A stretch of DNA of 64,000 bases, taken from Scyliorhinus canicula (lineage: Eukaryota). The stretch lies in contig NC_052158.1 of NCBI RefSeq assembly GCF_902713615.1, forward strand, positions 144,567,862 to 144,631,861. Reading direction: 5' to 3'. A program made the translations under genes and the position numbers. The notes beneath the pieces are model-generated. The model saw nothing but the letters and a program-made list of their open reading frames with translations. It ran no database searches and was not told the origin of the DNA. Shown here piece by piece: positions 1-11,704 of the stretch (its first letter is position 1; each line of letters opens with the position of its first letter).

Positions 1-584
1 CCCCACATGGACAGTGACCCAGAGCCGGGGTTGAACCTGTGACCTCGACACCGTGAGGCAGCAGTGCTAACCACTGCTCCACCGTGCTGCCCGAGAATTG
101 GAGATTTTCACAGTAACTTCATTGCAGTGTTAATATAAGCCTACTTGTAACACTGATAAAGGTTATTATTATTAAACCATTCAACACTCAGAGTTGCCAG
201 TCGCATTAGAATTCTCTTCCCGATTTCACTCAGTATTTTATATTCATTCAGTATTTTATATTCCAGAATTATAGAATGATAATAATGATAGTATTAGTGG
301 TACACTAACGCAGACTTTTTCCAAAGCTAGTAATTCTCGGAACAGGCCGCTAGTCTGTTGCCAGAGCCCTATAACTTGAGGGACACCACTCCACATCAAG
401 GGTGATTGACCAGGAGTCCCTCCAGCTCTTTCCACCAGCCATTGACGTGTTTGGAAGCATTTTCAGAATGACACTCAACCGCGTTATGAATGCACCTTCC
501 TTGACCATCAGGTTCTGGGGTGGGACCCAAACCCAGAACTTCTAACTTAGAGACAGGGACGTTACCCTTGCAGCCACTCAGGTA

Positions 585-860
585 CATTTGAAGAAGCAGT
601 CACTGTTGCATTGTAGAAAATGCGGCGGCCAAATTACTCACACAAAACACTAGTGTGATAATCACGAGGTGATCTATTTTAATTATATTGGCTAAGGGAT
701 AAATATTGGCCTGCTCTTTTTGGAAATAGTGGCAAGGGATCTCTTTTGTACACCCGAGATAGCAGATATAGCCCTTGGTTTATCATCCCATGCTAAAGAC
801 AGCACCTCCAACAGGGCAGCACTTGCATTGTGTAATGGAATGTTTTGTATGTTCAGGTTC
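585..860. mobile_element. Old Deu-domain SINE remnant (SacSINE1-like)
   Basis: GGGATCT...CACCCGAGA..GCAGA...CTTGGTTTA.CATC.CAT...AAAGAC.GCACCTCC.ACAG.GCAGCACT pattern, recalled as the Deu core. Similar remnants at ~25170-25350 and ~43430-43510. Confidence 0.55.
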
Positions 861-1339
861 TATCAAAATCCTCTGTCCGCTATTTTAACTCATCATTGAT
901 TAACCCATTAGGTTGATATCTTTGTTGAACTGGCACAGGCTGACGCCTTGCAGAAAGAGGCCATTCAGCCCACTGCGCCTGTGCTCTCCTTTTGAGAGAG
1001 ATCTCTAAATAGTACCACTTTCTTGCTCTTAACCCTTAAGCCCTGCAATTTTCTCCCCTTCACAGATGGAGGAATTCCATCTTCATTGGGGCTTAGCCTC
1101 AAGCTTATCCACTACATATTCTACAATTACAGGGGCCCCCGCCCCTCGTATAGAAAATAAAAGTGTTTGACAAACCTTTTTGTTTATTTGGGAAGGGAAG
1201 AGAAGCAGGAGATATGTGCACAGTTTTCATTGTGATGTCACATACAAGCTTAGCAGCGCAGTGTTCTGAGACAACTTGCATCAGCATGTCATTGGTAACT
1301 AACGGAGAAAAGATTGCCCAAATACTTTTGTGGAGACAG

Positions 1340-1681
1340 TGTTATCAGCAATGGCGTTCATCATATTAGCACTGATAACCACTGGAGACAGTTAGGCTTC
1401 TTTATGATGTCAAGGAGCTGCTATGACGTCGGAGCAGTTTCTGTGGTGTCATAAAGATATCAATGCTTTCACTGTGGCCAGCCCACCTCAGTTTATGCTT
1501 TACGGAGGTCACCACAGTCGCTATCATGGTGTGCAAAGAAGTCTTCTTTGGCTAGAGCTTGCATCATGACTGTCCATCCCGACACACACTTCAGCGTCAG
1601 AGGTTGAGAAGAAGTCTTTCAACACAGCAAGGACCACGGCCTGTGAGGTGGGAAATCCAGAACCGGAATTGACCGGAAACC
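1340..1681 (+). promoter_or_regulatory. Putative proximal promoter and 5' UTR of gene A
   Basis: CRE-like octamers at 1405 (TGATGTCA), 1424 (TGACGTCG) and 1444 (TGGTGTCA), TATA-like CATAAAG at 1450, GATA motifs near 1342 and 1373, two short upstream ORFs (1526-1555, 1566-1607). Confidence 0.4.
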
Positions 1682-1861
1682 ATGTTTCTATGCTCTGGAA
1701 CCACTGCAAGATGTCTCGGTGTAATACTTCTTGGACTAGCCATTCTCTGTTTCTGTGTGAATGTATTGCTCTTCTTCCCAAATGGTGACACACGATATGC
1801 TAAGAAGAACGTATCATCAACCGTGTGGTACTTAGGAGGAGTTATTGGTTCTGGAATTTTG
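1682..1861 (+). CDS. TM4SF4-like: L6/TM4SF family gene A, coding exon 1 (60 aa; TM1, small extracellular loop, start of TM2)
   Basis: Encodes MFLCSGTTARCLG...NVLLFFPNGDT...VWYLGGVIGSGIL, matching the L6 family N-terminus (ARCxG...NxLLxFPxG...VW..GG..GSG). ATG context aaccATG, in-frame upstream stop at 1670, phase-0 donor TTG|gtaagt. Exact orthology unresolved. Confidence 0.93.
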
Positions 1862-2378
1862 GTAAGTAAAATTGGCGTCGAGTGATGGCCTTCCTGAAAG
1901 ATGCATTTTTGTTTTTCCAAAAAGCAATACTTATAATTTTGGAAAGGTTTGAATATGTACGGCATATTTGTGATATGAAGACTTGCTGCAATATTTTTCC
2001 ACATAATGATAGCAAATGCACTTTTAAAAAAGTAAAATGAAAACAGAGAATGCGGGAAATGCTCAAGCAGGTAGAACATACAGTGCAGAAGGAGGCCATT
2101 CAGCCCATCGAGTCTGCACCTACCCACTTAAGCCCTCACTTCCACCCTATCCCCATAACCCCTCCTATCCTTTTTGGTCACTAAGGGCAATTAATCATGG
2201 CCAATCCACCTAACCTGCACGTCTTTAGACTGTGGGAGGAAACGGGAGCAGACACGGGGAGAACGTGCAGACTCCGCACAGACAGTGACTCAGCTGGGTC
2301 ACTTCATTGCAGTGTTGATGTCAGCCTGTGACAATAAAGATTATTATATTATAAGTTTACAGCTCTCTGAGAGAAGTG

Positions 2379-3075
2379 GGCCGGGATTCTCCCCTACCCG
2401 GCGGGGCGGGGGTCCCGGCGTACCGGAGTGGCGCCAACCACTCTGGCATCGGGCCTCCCCAAAGGTGCGGAATTCTCTGCACCTTTAGGGGCTAGGCCCA
2501 CGCCGGAGTGGTTGGCGCCACGCCGACTGGTGTCAAAACCAGCGCCAACGGCCTTTGACGCCCGCCGCCCGGTGTCGGGGCTGGCCGAAAGGCCTTTGCC
2601 GGTTCACGCATGCGCCGGTGCGTCAGCGGCCGTTGACGTCACCACCGGCGCATGCGTGGTAGGGGGGTCTCTTCCGCCTCCGCCATGGTGGAGGCCACGG
2701 AAGAAAAAGAGTGCCCCCACGGCACTGGCCCACCCGCTGATCGGTGGGACCCGATCGCGGGCCAGGCCACCGTGGGGCACCCCCTGGGGTCCGATCGCCT
2801 CGCGCCTCCCCCAGGACACCGGGGGCCCGCTTGCGCTGCCAAACCCGCTGGCACCAGAGGTGCTCCAATTCCCGCCGGCGGGAGAGGCCTGTCAGCGGCA
2901 GGACTTCGGCCCATCGAGGGCCGGAGAATCGCCACGGGGGGCACGCCGATCGGCGCGGCGTGATTCCCGCTCCCGCCGATTCCCGGGTGGAAGAGAATTC
3001 CGGCCACGGCGGGGGCTGGATTTATGTCGGCCCTGGGCGATTCCCCGACCCTGCGGGGGTCGGAGAATTCCGCCC
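2379..3075. mobile_element. GC-rich non-autonomous Harbinger-type MITE
   Basis: Imperfect TIRs GGCCGGGATTCTCC / GGAGAATTCCGCCC. Same family as 32930-33632 (opposite orientation) and 43663-44287. No matching TSD seen for this copy. Confidence 0.8.
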
Positions 3076-5180
3076 AAGGTTCTTCCTCATCTCAGTCCTG
3101 AATGGCTTGCCCCTTATCCTTAGGCTGTGAACCCTAGTTCTTGAGTCCCCAACATGGAGAACATTCTTCCCACATCTAACCTTTCAAGTCCCATCAGGGT
3201 TTTATATAATTCTATGTGATCCCCTCTCATTCTTCTAAACTCCAGACAAGCCCAGTCAATCCAGTCTTTTTTCATATGGTGGTCCTGCCATCCCGGGAAT
3301 TAGTCTGGTGAACCTTCGCTGGACACCCTCAATAGCAAGAATGACCTTCCTGAAACTAGGAGACCAAAACTGCGCACAATACTCAAGGTGTGGCCTCACC
3401 AAGGCCCTGTATAACTGCAGCAAGACATCCCTACTCCGATACTCCAATCCTCTCGGTATGAAGGCCAGCATGCCATTGGCTTTCCTCACCGCCTGCTGTA
3501 CCTGCATGCCAACCTTCAGCGACTGTTCCACCATGACACCCAGGTCTTGTTGCACTTCCCCTTTTCCTAAATTGCCACCATTCAGATAATATCTGCCCTC
3601 CTGTTTTTGCCACCCAAGTGGCTAACCTCACATTTACCCACATTAACCAGGGGCTGGTTTAGCACACTGGGCTAAATCGCTGGCTTTTTAAAGCAGACCA
3701 AGGCAGGCCAGCAGCACGGTTTGATTCCCATACCAGCCTCCGCGAACAGGTGCAGGAATGTGGCGACTAGGGACTTTTCACAGTAACTTAATTGAAGCCT
3801 ACTCGTGACAATAAGCAATTTTCATTTCATTTCATTATATTGCATTTGCCAAGTATTTGCCCTCTCAGCCAGCCTGTCCAAGTCACGCTGAAGCTTCTTT
3901 ACATCCTCCTCACAGCATACACTACCACCCAACATAGTGTTGCTTGCAAATTTAGAGATGTTGCATGCAGTTCCTTTGTCCAAATCACTAATGTATATTG
4001 TGAGCAGTTGGGGTCCCAGCACTGAACCCTGCGGTATCCCACTAGTCACTGCCTGCCACTCTGAAACGGACCAGTTTATTCCCACTCTCTGCTTCCTATC
4101 TGCCAACCAGTTCTCTATCCGCATCAATACATTGCCCCGAATACCATGAGCTTTGATCTTGCTTACGAATGTCTTGTGTGGGATCTTATCAAAAGCCTTT
4201 TGAAAGTCCAGATACACAACATCCACTGGTTCACCTTTCTCCACTCTATAGATCACATCCTCAAAAAATTCCAGAAGATTTGTCAAGCATGATTTTCCTT
4301 TAGTGAATCCATGCTGACTTGGACCGATCCTGTCCCCCATTTCCGAATGCTCAGTTATTTCATCCTTAATAATTGACTCCAGCATTTTCCCACCACCGTT
4401 GGCAGGCTGACTGGTCTATAATTCCCATTTTCTCTCTCTCTCCTTTTTTTTTAAAAAGTGGGGTTACGTTAGCTACCCTCCAGTCCATTGGAACTCTTCC
4501 AGAGGCCAGAGAATGCTGGAAAATGATTACCAATGCATCCACTATTTCTAGGGCCACTTCCTTAAGTGCTCTGAGATGCAGAGCATCCGGCCCTGGGAAC
4601 TCTTCGGGTTTTAATCCTATCAATTTCCCCAATACGATTTCTTGACTAATAAGGATTTCCTTCAGTTCCTTCTTCATACTAGACCCTCTCTCCGCTAGTA
4701 TGTTCGGGTTATTTGTGTCCTCCTTGGTAAAGACCGATCCAAAGTATTTGTTCAACTGGTCTGCCATCTCTTTGTTGCCCACTATGAATTCACCTGATTC
4801 TAACTGTAAGGGGCCTCCATTTGTCTTCACCAGTCTTTTTCTCTTCACATATCTATAGAAACTTTTGCCATCAGTTTTTATATTTTCTGCAAGGTTACTG
4901 TTGTATTCTATTTTCCCCTTCCACATTAAACCCTTTGTCCTCTGCTGAATTTTAAATTTTTCCCAGTCCTCAGGCTCGCTGCTTTTTCTGGCCAATTTAT
5001 ATGGCTCCTCTTTGGCTTTAACACTATCTCTGATTACCCTTGTTAGCCATGGTTGAGCCACCTTCCCCGCCTTACAATTGTGCCATTCCGAGATGTACAT
5101 TTGTTGAAGTTCACCATGTGTCCTTTAAATGTCTGCCATTGCCTATCCACCATCAACCCCTTAAGTATCCTTTGCCAGCT
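3076..5180 (-). mobile_element. CR1-clade LINE fragment (RT region) with nested SINE at ~3649-3834
   Basis: QHGFTKGKSCLTNLLEFFE, VDVVYLDFQKAFDK, PQGSVLGP and LVRPHLEYC motifs, frameshifted. Confidence 0.9.
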
Positions 5181-6298
5181 TATTCCTCCCCACCAATAGC
5201 GGTAAGATTTTAATCACAATGATAGTATATGGTGGAGGAGTATTCTAGCAGGTTTGCTTCTATCATCCTGCTCAATAACATTTTTTTTTTAATAAATTTA
5301 GATTACCCAATTATTTTTTCCAATTAAGGGGCAATTTAGCATGTAGCCAATTCACCTACTCTGCACATTTTTGGGTTGTGGGGGCGAAACCCACGCAGAC
5401 ACAGGGAGAATGTGCAAACTCCACACGGACAGTGACCCAGAGCCGGGATCGAACCTGGGACCTCAGCACCGTGAGGCGGTTGTGCTAACCACTAGGCCAC
5501 CGTGCTGCCCCCTGCTCAATAACATAAGAAACAATGTTATAGTTCCCCACACCCAACTGTCTCAGCCGATTCCATTTATATTTTTTTGGAGGCTTAGCCA
5601 ATGATCATCACCTGTCTTTACCAATGCAATTAGTCTAACAATGCAATTGCCAAAGAACACGATTGCAGATACTTTGATGTAAGGGTCCAAAGCGAAATTA
5701 AGTCAGATAATCACACCCAATTGTCAATGAATATTTCTCCACAGCGTGAAATTGTTTAGAGGTTCCGATTGTTACCACACTCAGAGACCACCACAAAATT
5801 AACCAATTTAGGAAATGAAAAGGCCAAATCTCCACTCATAGTTGCTGTTTTAAAATGTTACAGGAATGATGGGCCGGACCATCTAAGGACCACCTAAAAC
5901 TTGCCATTATAATAGCGCCTTTATGGCACTTCACAGAAGCAGACTCGACAAACACTAACACCAGGCAGAGGAAGGTTGGGGGGAACTAGCCATAAGCTTA
6001 ATTAAAGAGGTGGGTTTTCAGGAGGGTCTTAAGTGGGGAAAAAAAGAGGGAGAGGCAGAGTCTCATATGGTGAGGTGAAGTGAGCGGCGGCTTGTACCAG
6101 AGACAAGAGGGAATGCCGAGTTCTCCGAACATTTAAAACTGGAGAAAATTACAAAGATACGGCAGAATGAGACCATGAAGGAACTAAAAGATGAGAATGA
6201 GAATTTGGGACTGGGAGACAATATAGAACTGCGAGGAGAGGCGTAATAGGTAAGAGGGATTTAGTACAAGATAAGAGGAAAAGGACAGCAGGTTTAGT

Positions 6299-8724
6299 AG
6301 GATGGGCGACTGATCAGGGATGGGCGACTGACCAGGGATGGGCGACTGACCAGGGAAGGGAGACTGACCAGGGAAGGGGGACTGACCAGGGATGGGCGAC
6401 TGACCAGGGAAGGGACACTGACCAGGGAAGGGGGACTGACCAGGGAAGGGAGACTGACCAGGGATGGGGGACTTCCCTGACTGACCAGGGATGGGAGACT
6501 GACCAGGGAAGGGGGACTGACCAGGGAAGGGAGACTGACCAGGGAAGGGGGACTTCCCTGACTGACCAGGGATGGGCGACAGACCAGGGAAGGGAGACTG
6601 ACCAGGGAAGGGGGACTGACCAGGGATGGGCGACTGACCAGGGAAGGGAGACTGACCAGGGAAGGGGGACTGACCAGGGAAGGGAGACTGACCAGGGAAG
6701 GGGGACTTCCCTGACTGACCAGGGATGGGCGACAGACCAGGGAAGGGAGACTGACCAGGGAAGGGGGACTGACCAGGGATGGGCGACTGACCAGGGATGG
6801 GGGCTGACCAGGGAAGGGACACTGACCAGGGATGGGCGACTGACCAGGGAAGGGGGACTGACCAGGGAAGGGAGACTGACCAGGGATGGGCGACTGACCA
6901 GGGATGGGGGACTGACCAGGGAAGGGGGGCTGACCAGGGACGGGATACTGACCAGGGATGGGCGACTGACCAGGGAAAGGACACTGACCAGGGAAGGGAG
7001 ACTGACCAGGGATGGAAGACTGACCAGGGATGGGAGACTGACCAGGGATGGGAGACTGACCAGGGATGGGAGACTGACCAGGGACGGGATACTGACCAGG
7101 GAAGGGGGACTGACCAGGGATGGGCGACTGACCAGGGATGGGCGACTGACCAGGGACGGGATACTGACCAGGGAAGGGGGACTGACCAGGAAAGGAAGAC
7201 TGACCAGGGATGGGATACTGACCAGGGAAGGGGGACTGACCAGGGATGGGCGACTGACCAGGGAAGGGAGACTGACCAGGGATGGGCGACTGACCAGGGA
7301 AGGGGGACTGACCAGGGAAGGGAGACTGACCAGGGAAGGGGGACTGACCAGGGAAGGGGGACTGACCAGGGATGGGATACTGACCAGGGATGGACGACTG
7401 ACCAGGGAAGGGAGATTGACCAGGGATGGGCGACTGACCAGGGAAGGGGGACTGACCAGGGAAGGGGGACTGACCAGGGACGGGATACTGACCAGGGATG
7501 GGCGACTGACCAGGGATGGGCGACTGACCAGGGACGGGATACTGACCAGGGAAGGGGGACTGACCAGGAAAGGAAGACTGACCAGGGATGGGATACTGAC
7601 CAGGGAAGGGGGACTGACCAGGGATGGGCGACTGACCAGGGAAGGGAGACTGACCAGGGATGGGCGACTGACCAGGGAAGGGGGACTGACCAGGGAAGGG
7701 AGACTGACCAGGGAAGGGGGACTGACCAGGGAAGGGGGACTGACCAGGGATGGGATACTGACCAGGGATGGACGACTGACCAGGGAAGGGAGATTGACCA
7801 GGGATGGGCGACTGACCAGGGAAGGGGGACTGACCAGGGAAGGGGGACTGACCAGGGACGGGATACTGACCAGGGATGGGCGACTGACCAGGGAAGGGGG
7901 ACTGACCAGGGACGGGATACTGACCAGGGATGGGTGACTGACCAGGGAAGGGAGACTGACCAGGGATGGGTGACTGACCAGGGATGGGGGACTGACCAGG
8001 GAAGGGAGACTGACCAGGGAAGGGGGGCTGACCAGGGATGGGGGACTGACCAGGGATGGGGGACTGACCAGGGATGGACGACTGACCAGGGATGGGGGAC
8101 TGACCAGGGAAGGGAGACTGACCAGGGATGGGTGACTGACCAGGGATGGGGGACTGACCAGGGAAGGGAGACTGACCAGGGATGGGCGACTGACCAGGGA
8201 AGGGAGACTGACCAGGGATGGGCGACTGACCAGGGATGGGGGACTGACCAGGGAAGGGAGACTGACCAGGGATGGGCGACTGACCAGGGAAGGGAGACTG
8301 ACCAGGGATGGGCGACTGACCAGGGACGGGATACTGACCAGGGAAGGGGGACTGACCAGGGATGGGCGACTGACCAGGGATGGGTGACTGACCAGGGAAG
8401 GGAGACTGACCAGGGATGGGATACTGACCAGGGATGGGCGACTGACCAGGGACGGGGTACTGACCAGGGAAGGGGGACTGACCAGGGAAGGGACACTGAC
8501 CAGGGAAGGGGGACTGACCAGGGATGGGCGACTGACCAGGGATGGGAGACTGACCAGGGAAGGGGGACTGACCAGGGAAGGGGGACTGACCAGGGAAGGG
8601 AGACTGACCAGGGATGGGAGACTGACCAGGGAAGGGGGACTGACCAGGGATGGGCGACAGACCAGGGATGGGAGACTGACCAGGGAAGGGGGACTGACCA
8701 GGGAAGGGGGACTGACCAGGGAAG
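6299..8724. repeat. G-rich 18-bp minisatellite, about 134 units, consensus GACTGACCAGGGA(A/T)GGG(C/G/A)
   Basis: Directly visible tandem array in intron 1 of gene A, with variant units and a 378-bp higher-order duplication. Confidence 0.97.
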
Positions 8725-9871
8725 TATTGAAATAGACAAAGCTGGAGGTGACAAAATTTGGATGAGGGTTTCAGCAGTAGATGAATGATATTTTGAGGTA
8801 GAAGTAGGTAAACTTTGCAGTCGATGGAAAATAGGGTCGAATGTTCAGCTTCAGAAGTGGACAATGATGGTGACACTACCATAAATGGCTTGCCCAAGTT
8901 GATTGTAACGGTGACAGGGAGGAATAGGCAATCAGATGAATAATCTCAAATCCTTTGACAATATCTTGCCGGAGACTGCCTTGTAACAGCCTTGAAGGAC
9001 GTCTCAGAACAGTGTACATGGGAACGCATAACAATGGGACCTGAGTCGGCTAATTAGTTCTTTCAAGCCTGTTTCACTGTTCAATTAGATCATGACTGAA
9101 CGGTCGCCCTAATCAGGAGAACGTAACACCCTTGTCTAACAAAAAACTATTTACCCACCTGCTCTCTCTGCCTTTGTATCTGCTGGAGGACATTCACAGC
9201 TTGGGAAGTTTAGGGGAATACAAAGAAAATAGCAGGATTAATATTTCATAAGAAATGTTTTATACAATAATGCGGTCAAAATTATTTAACTTGTTGATTC
9301 ACCACAACTGTCCTGTCTTCATAACAATGTTTAACTTTACATTCGGATTCACTAATTGGTGAGAGTTAAGCTGTTATGAGAGACTTCTCCCATAAATTCA
9401 AAATCCTACCCAGTTTCAAATGATACATTTAGAGAATAAGCTCTCATTGTGCACAGTTAAAAGGGAGCTGAGTTAATGGATTATTTTTGCAAGCAGTTAT
9501 GTTGGTCCTACTGAGCGACACTGCAAGTATGAAGGTGTTTGTGCATCCCTGATATTGTTCACACCAACATTGTTGGTTGGGCCTAACCTGCCAAGGCCCT
9601 GAGTTCTAGAATTCCTTCCTGAAGCCATCTCCCTCCTTCCTTGAAATCCTCTAAATCTTTGACAAAGCTTTTGGTCACCTGTCCTAATATCTTCTCCGTG
9701 GCTCCCTGTCCGATTTCTGTTCAGCCATGTTCCCTCGAAGATCCTCTGCCATTCGGCTATGTTAAATGTGCTGTATAAATGCACATTGTTGTTGTACAGA
9801 TCAACAAGTCATTGTCAACACTGTCTTAATTCCAGGTGGCCTTGGGAAATTTGTTAAAGTGCTGAAGCACA

Positions 9872-10050
9872 ATCGCTTCTTGGCCTTTTGGCTAAGATCA
9901 GCGTGAGGTCAGGTGTAATGCCTGGATCTGGTATGTCTCCCTTGTGGGGACCATGAACTGGATTCAATTTGAATTGGTTTTTGGAGCAGGCAAGAAGCTG
10001 GATTAGGGGTTGGCCCCTGTCCACACTCTGAGCCCTGGCTTTGTAACTCT
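9872..10050 (+). ncRNA. Diverged U2 snRNA-like sequence (pseudogene, variant or U2-derived repeat)
   Basis: ATCGCTTCTTGGCCTTTTGGCTAAGATCA is 28/29 identical to the U2 5' end. Collinear downstream matches to stem IIb, the Sm site (TTTTTGGAGCAGG) and stem III. Branch-point recognition region altered. Confidence 0.75.
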
Positions 10051-11176
10051 GATGAAGTAATAAAGAGAAAGTACCGAATCACATTCTTATCCATCATGGG
10101 TAATTGTTGTTCAGGACCTCATTTGTCCACACGCCCAGTGTTACATCACGCTTTCTTGCTTTTTGTTAGGATTATCCTGTGAGAAACATTCAAATTAATT
10201 TTATACTAATTCAATATCATTTTACTTCTAACCTGATATATTTTTCTCTGGTTAGTTTCAATGAGGGATGTGTTACTTGAAAGAACTAATGTTCTCCTCA
10301 CGGCACAGTGAGAGCAGATATGGGTACAAAGTCATGCAGGACATTTAATGTCGGGTTTGTGCTGGTTTAGCCCATCTCAGGCATTGAGATTTCCTGCTGT
10401 AGGGAAGGGGAAAGTCTCCTATTATACATCAGAAATCATTCACTCCTGCTAGAGAGTGCGTACGTATATAGACATTGGGTAGCGGTAGTAGCTGGTGTCA
10501 TTGCACTGTCACTCCGCTGACAACAATTAAACATGAAAAATGGCCAATGAGGTAGCAGAGGGAAAGAGAAGCTGCAGGAATTATACCTCAGTAAGAGTTA
10601 GGGATTGAAATTGATCATCATCGCTTCCACAAAATGGTTCCATACACTGTACCTTATTTTCTATTCAATGGAAGTCAGTGGTATAGAAGATACGGCACAG
10701 AGTAATGTGGCCGACAATTTGTAATGAACCCCCTTTGTGCCACTGGCAAAGAACAGTTTAATTCCCAGGGCCTTCAGGAAAGGTGGAAAGATGGGGACTA
10801 GAAAATTCAGACTATTATTTTTAAATGTCCTTATACCTGCTTAAGAACATTTAATAGTCTAGGGTGGGCTTGGTTCATTGTTAACAATTTACAAATATAA
10901 TGGTGATTATATTTTCCTCTTCCAAGTTATCGAATAAGAACATTTTATAAATTAAGAATAGAAGAATGGGGGACTATGAAGTTTAACTCATCATGTCCCT
11001 TTTCATAGTTCAGTGAATATCAGACATTTTAATTTCACCACACTTGTTAACCATGCCTTCAACTACCCAGGCTCTAAACTATGAAATTACCTTCCTCAAT
11101 ATTTCTTCCTCTCTTCCTACCTCTTTTTCCTTCAACACATTCAGTGAAGAGTACCTCTTTGACCAAACCTTTAGTC

Positions 11177-11545
11177 CAGGGGTGGGAAAACTACGGCCCG
11201 CGGGCCGCCAAAGGTCTTTATGCGGCCCACCAAGTCATTAAAAAAAAAAAATGTTAAAAATTTTTCTTTTTTTAAATTTAAATTTTTTTTAAGGTTAATG
11301 GGGGGGGGGCTGTTGGGTTACTTACTGGTATAGGGTGGATACGTTGACTTGAGTAGGGTGATCATTGCTCGGCACAACGTCGAGGGCCGAAGGGCCTGTT
11401 CTGTGCTGTACTGTTCTATGTTCTATATGAGGCGCCGAGAATCATAACCGGGTGAAGTAATTATTTTACTTAATATACTATGCGGCCCTTTAAAATTGTG
11501 AATTTCTGAATGTGGCCCTTGCACGGAAAAGTTTGCCCACCCCTG
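11177..11545. mobile_element. Non-autonomous hAT (Charlie-like) element carrying a SINE tail fragment
   Basis: TIRs CAGGGGTGGGAAAACT / AGTTTGCCCACCCCTG with perfect 8-bp TSD CTTTAGTC. Confidence 0.88.
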
Positions 11546-11704
11546 CTTTAGTCATTGGCCCTAATATCTCCTGTCTCTCGATGTCAAATTGTGTCTGGTC
11601 ACATTCTAGTGGAGAGCATTGAGTTGTCTGATTATGTTAAACTTACTGTACGTTGTAAGTTGTTAGTAGTAGGAGGTTTCATATTGAGTTAGAACAAAAG
11701 CAAA

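Noticed and set aside
2428-3130. Clusters of Pro/Arg/Gly-rich ORFs and CpG-island-like patches (also at ~20 kb, 26.5 kb, 33 kb, 43-44 kb and 63.4 kb)
   Set aside because: All fall inside GC-rich MITE copies with TIRs.
6299-8724. CRISPR-like appearance of a constant core with variable segments
   Set aside because: The variable parts are only a few bases drawn from a small recurring set. There are no unique spacers or cas genes, and the context is eukaryotic.
6184-8897. Long ORFs of 856, 867 and 663 aa (PWSVPL, PGQSPF and TDQGRG repeats)
   Set aside because: By-products of an 18-bp tandem unit that lacks stops in several frames. A 1-bp unit deletion near 6800 shifts frames, and no splice or start context was evident.
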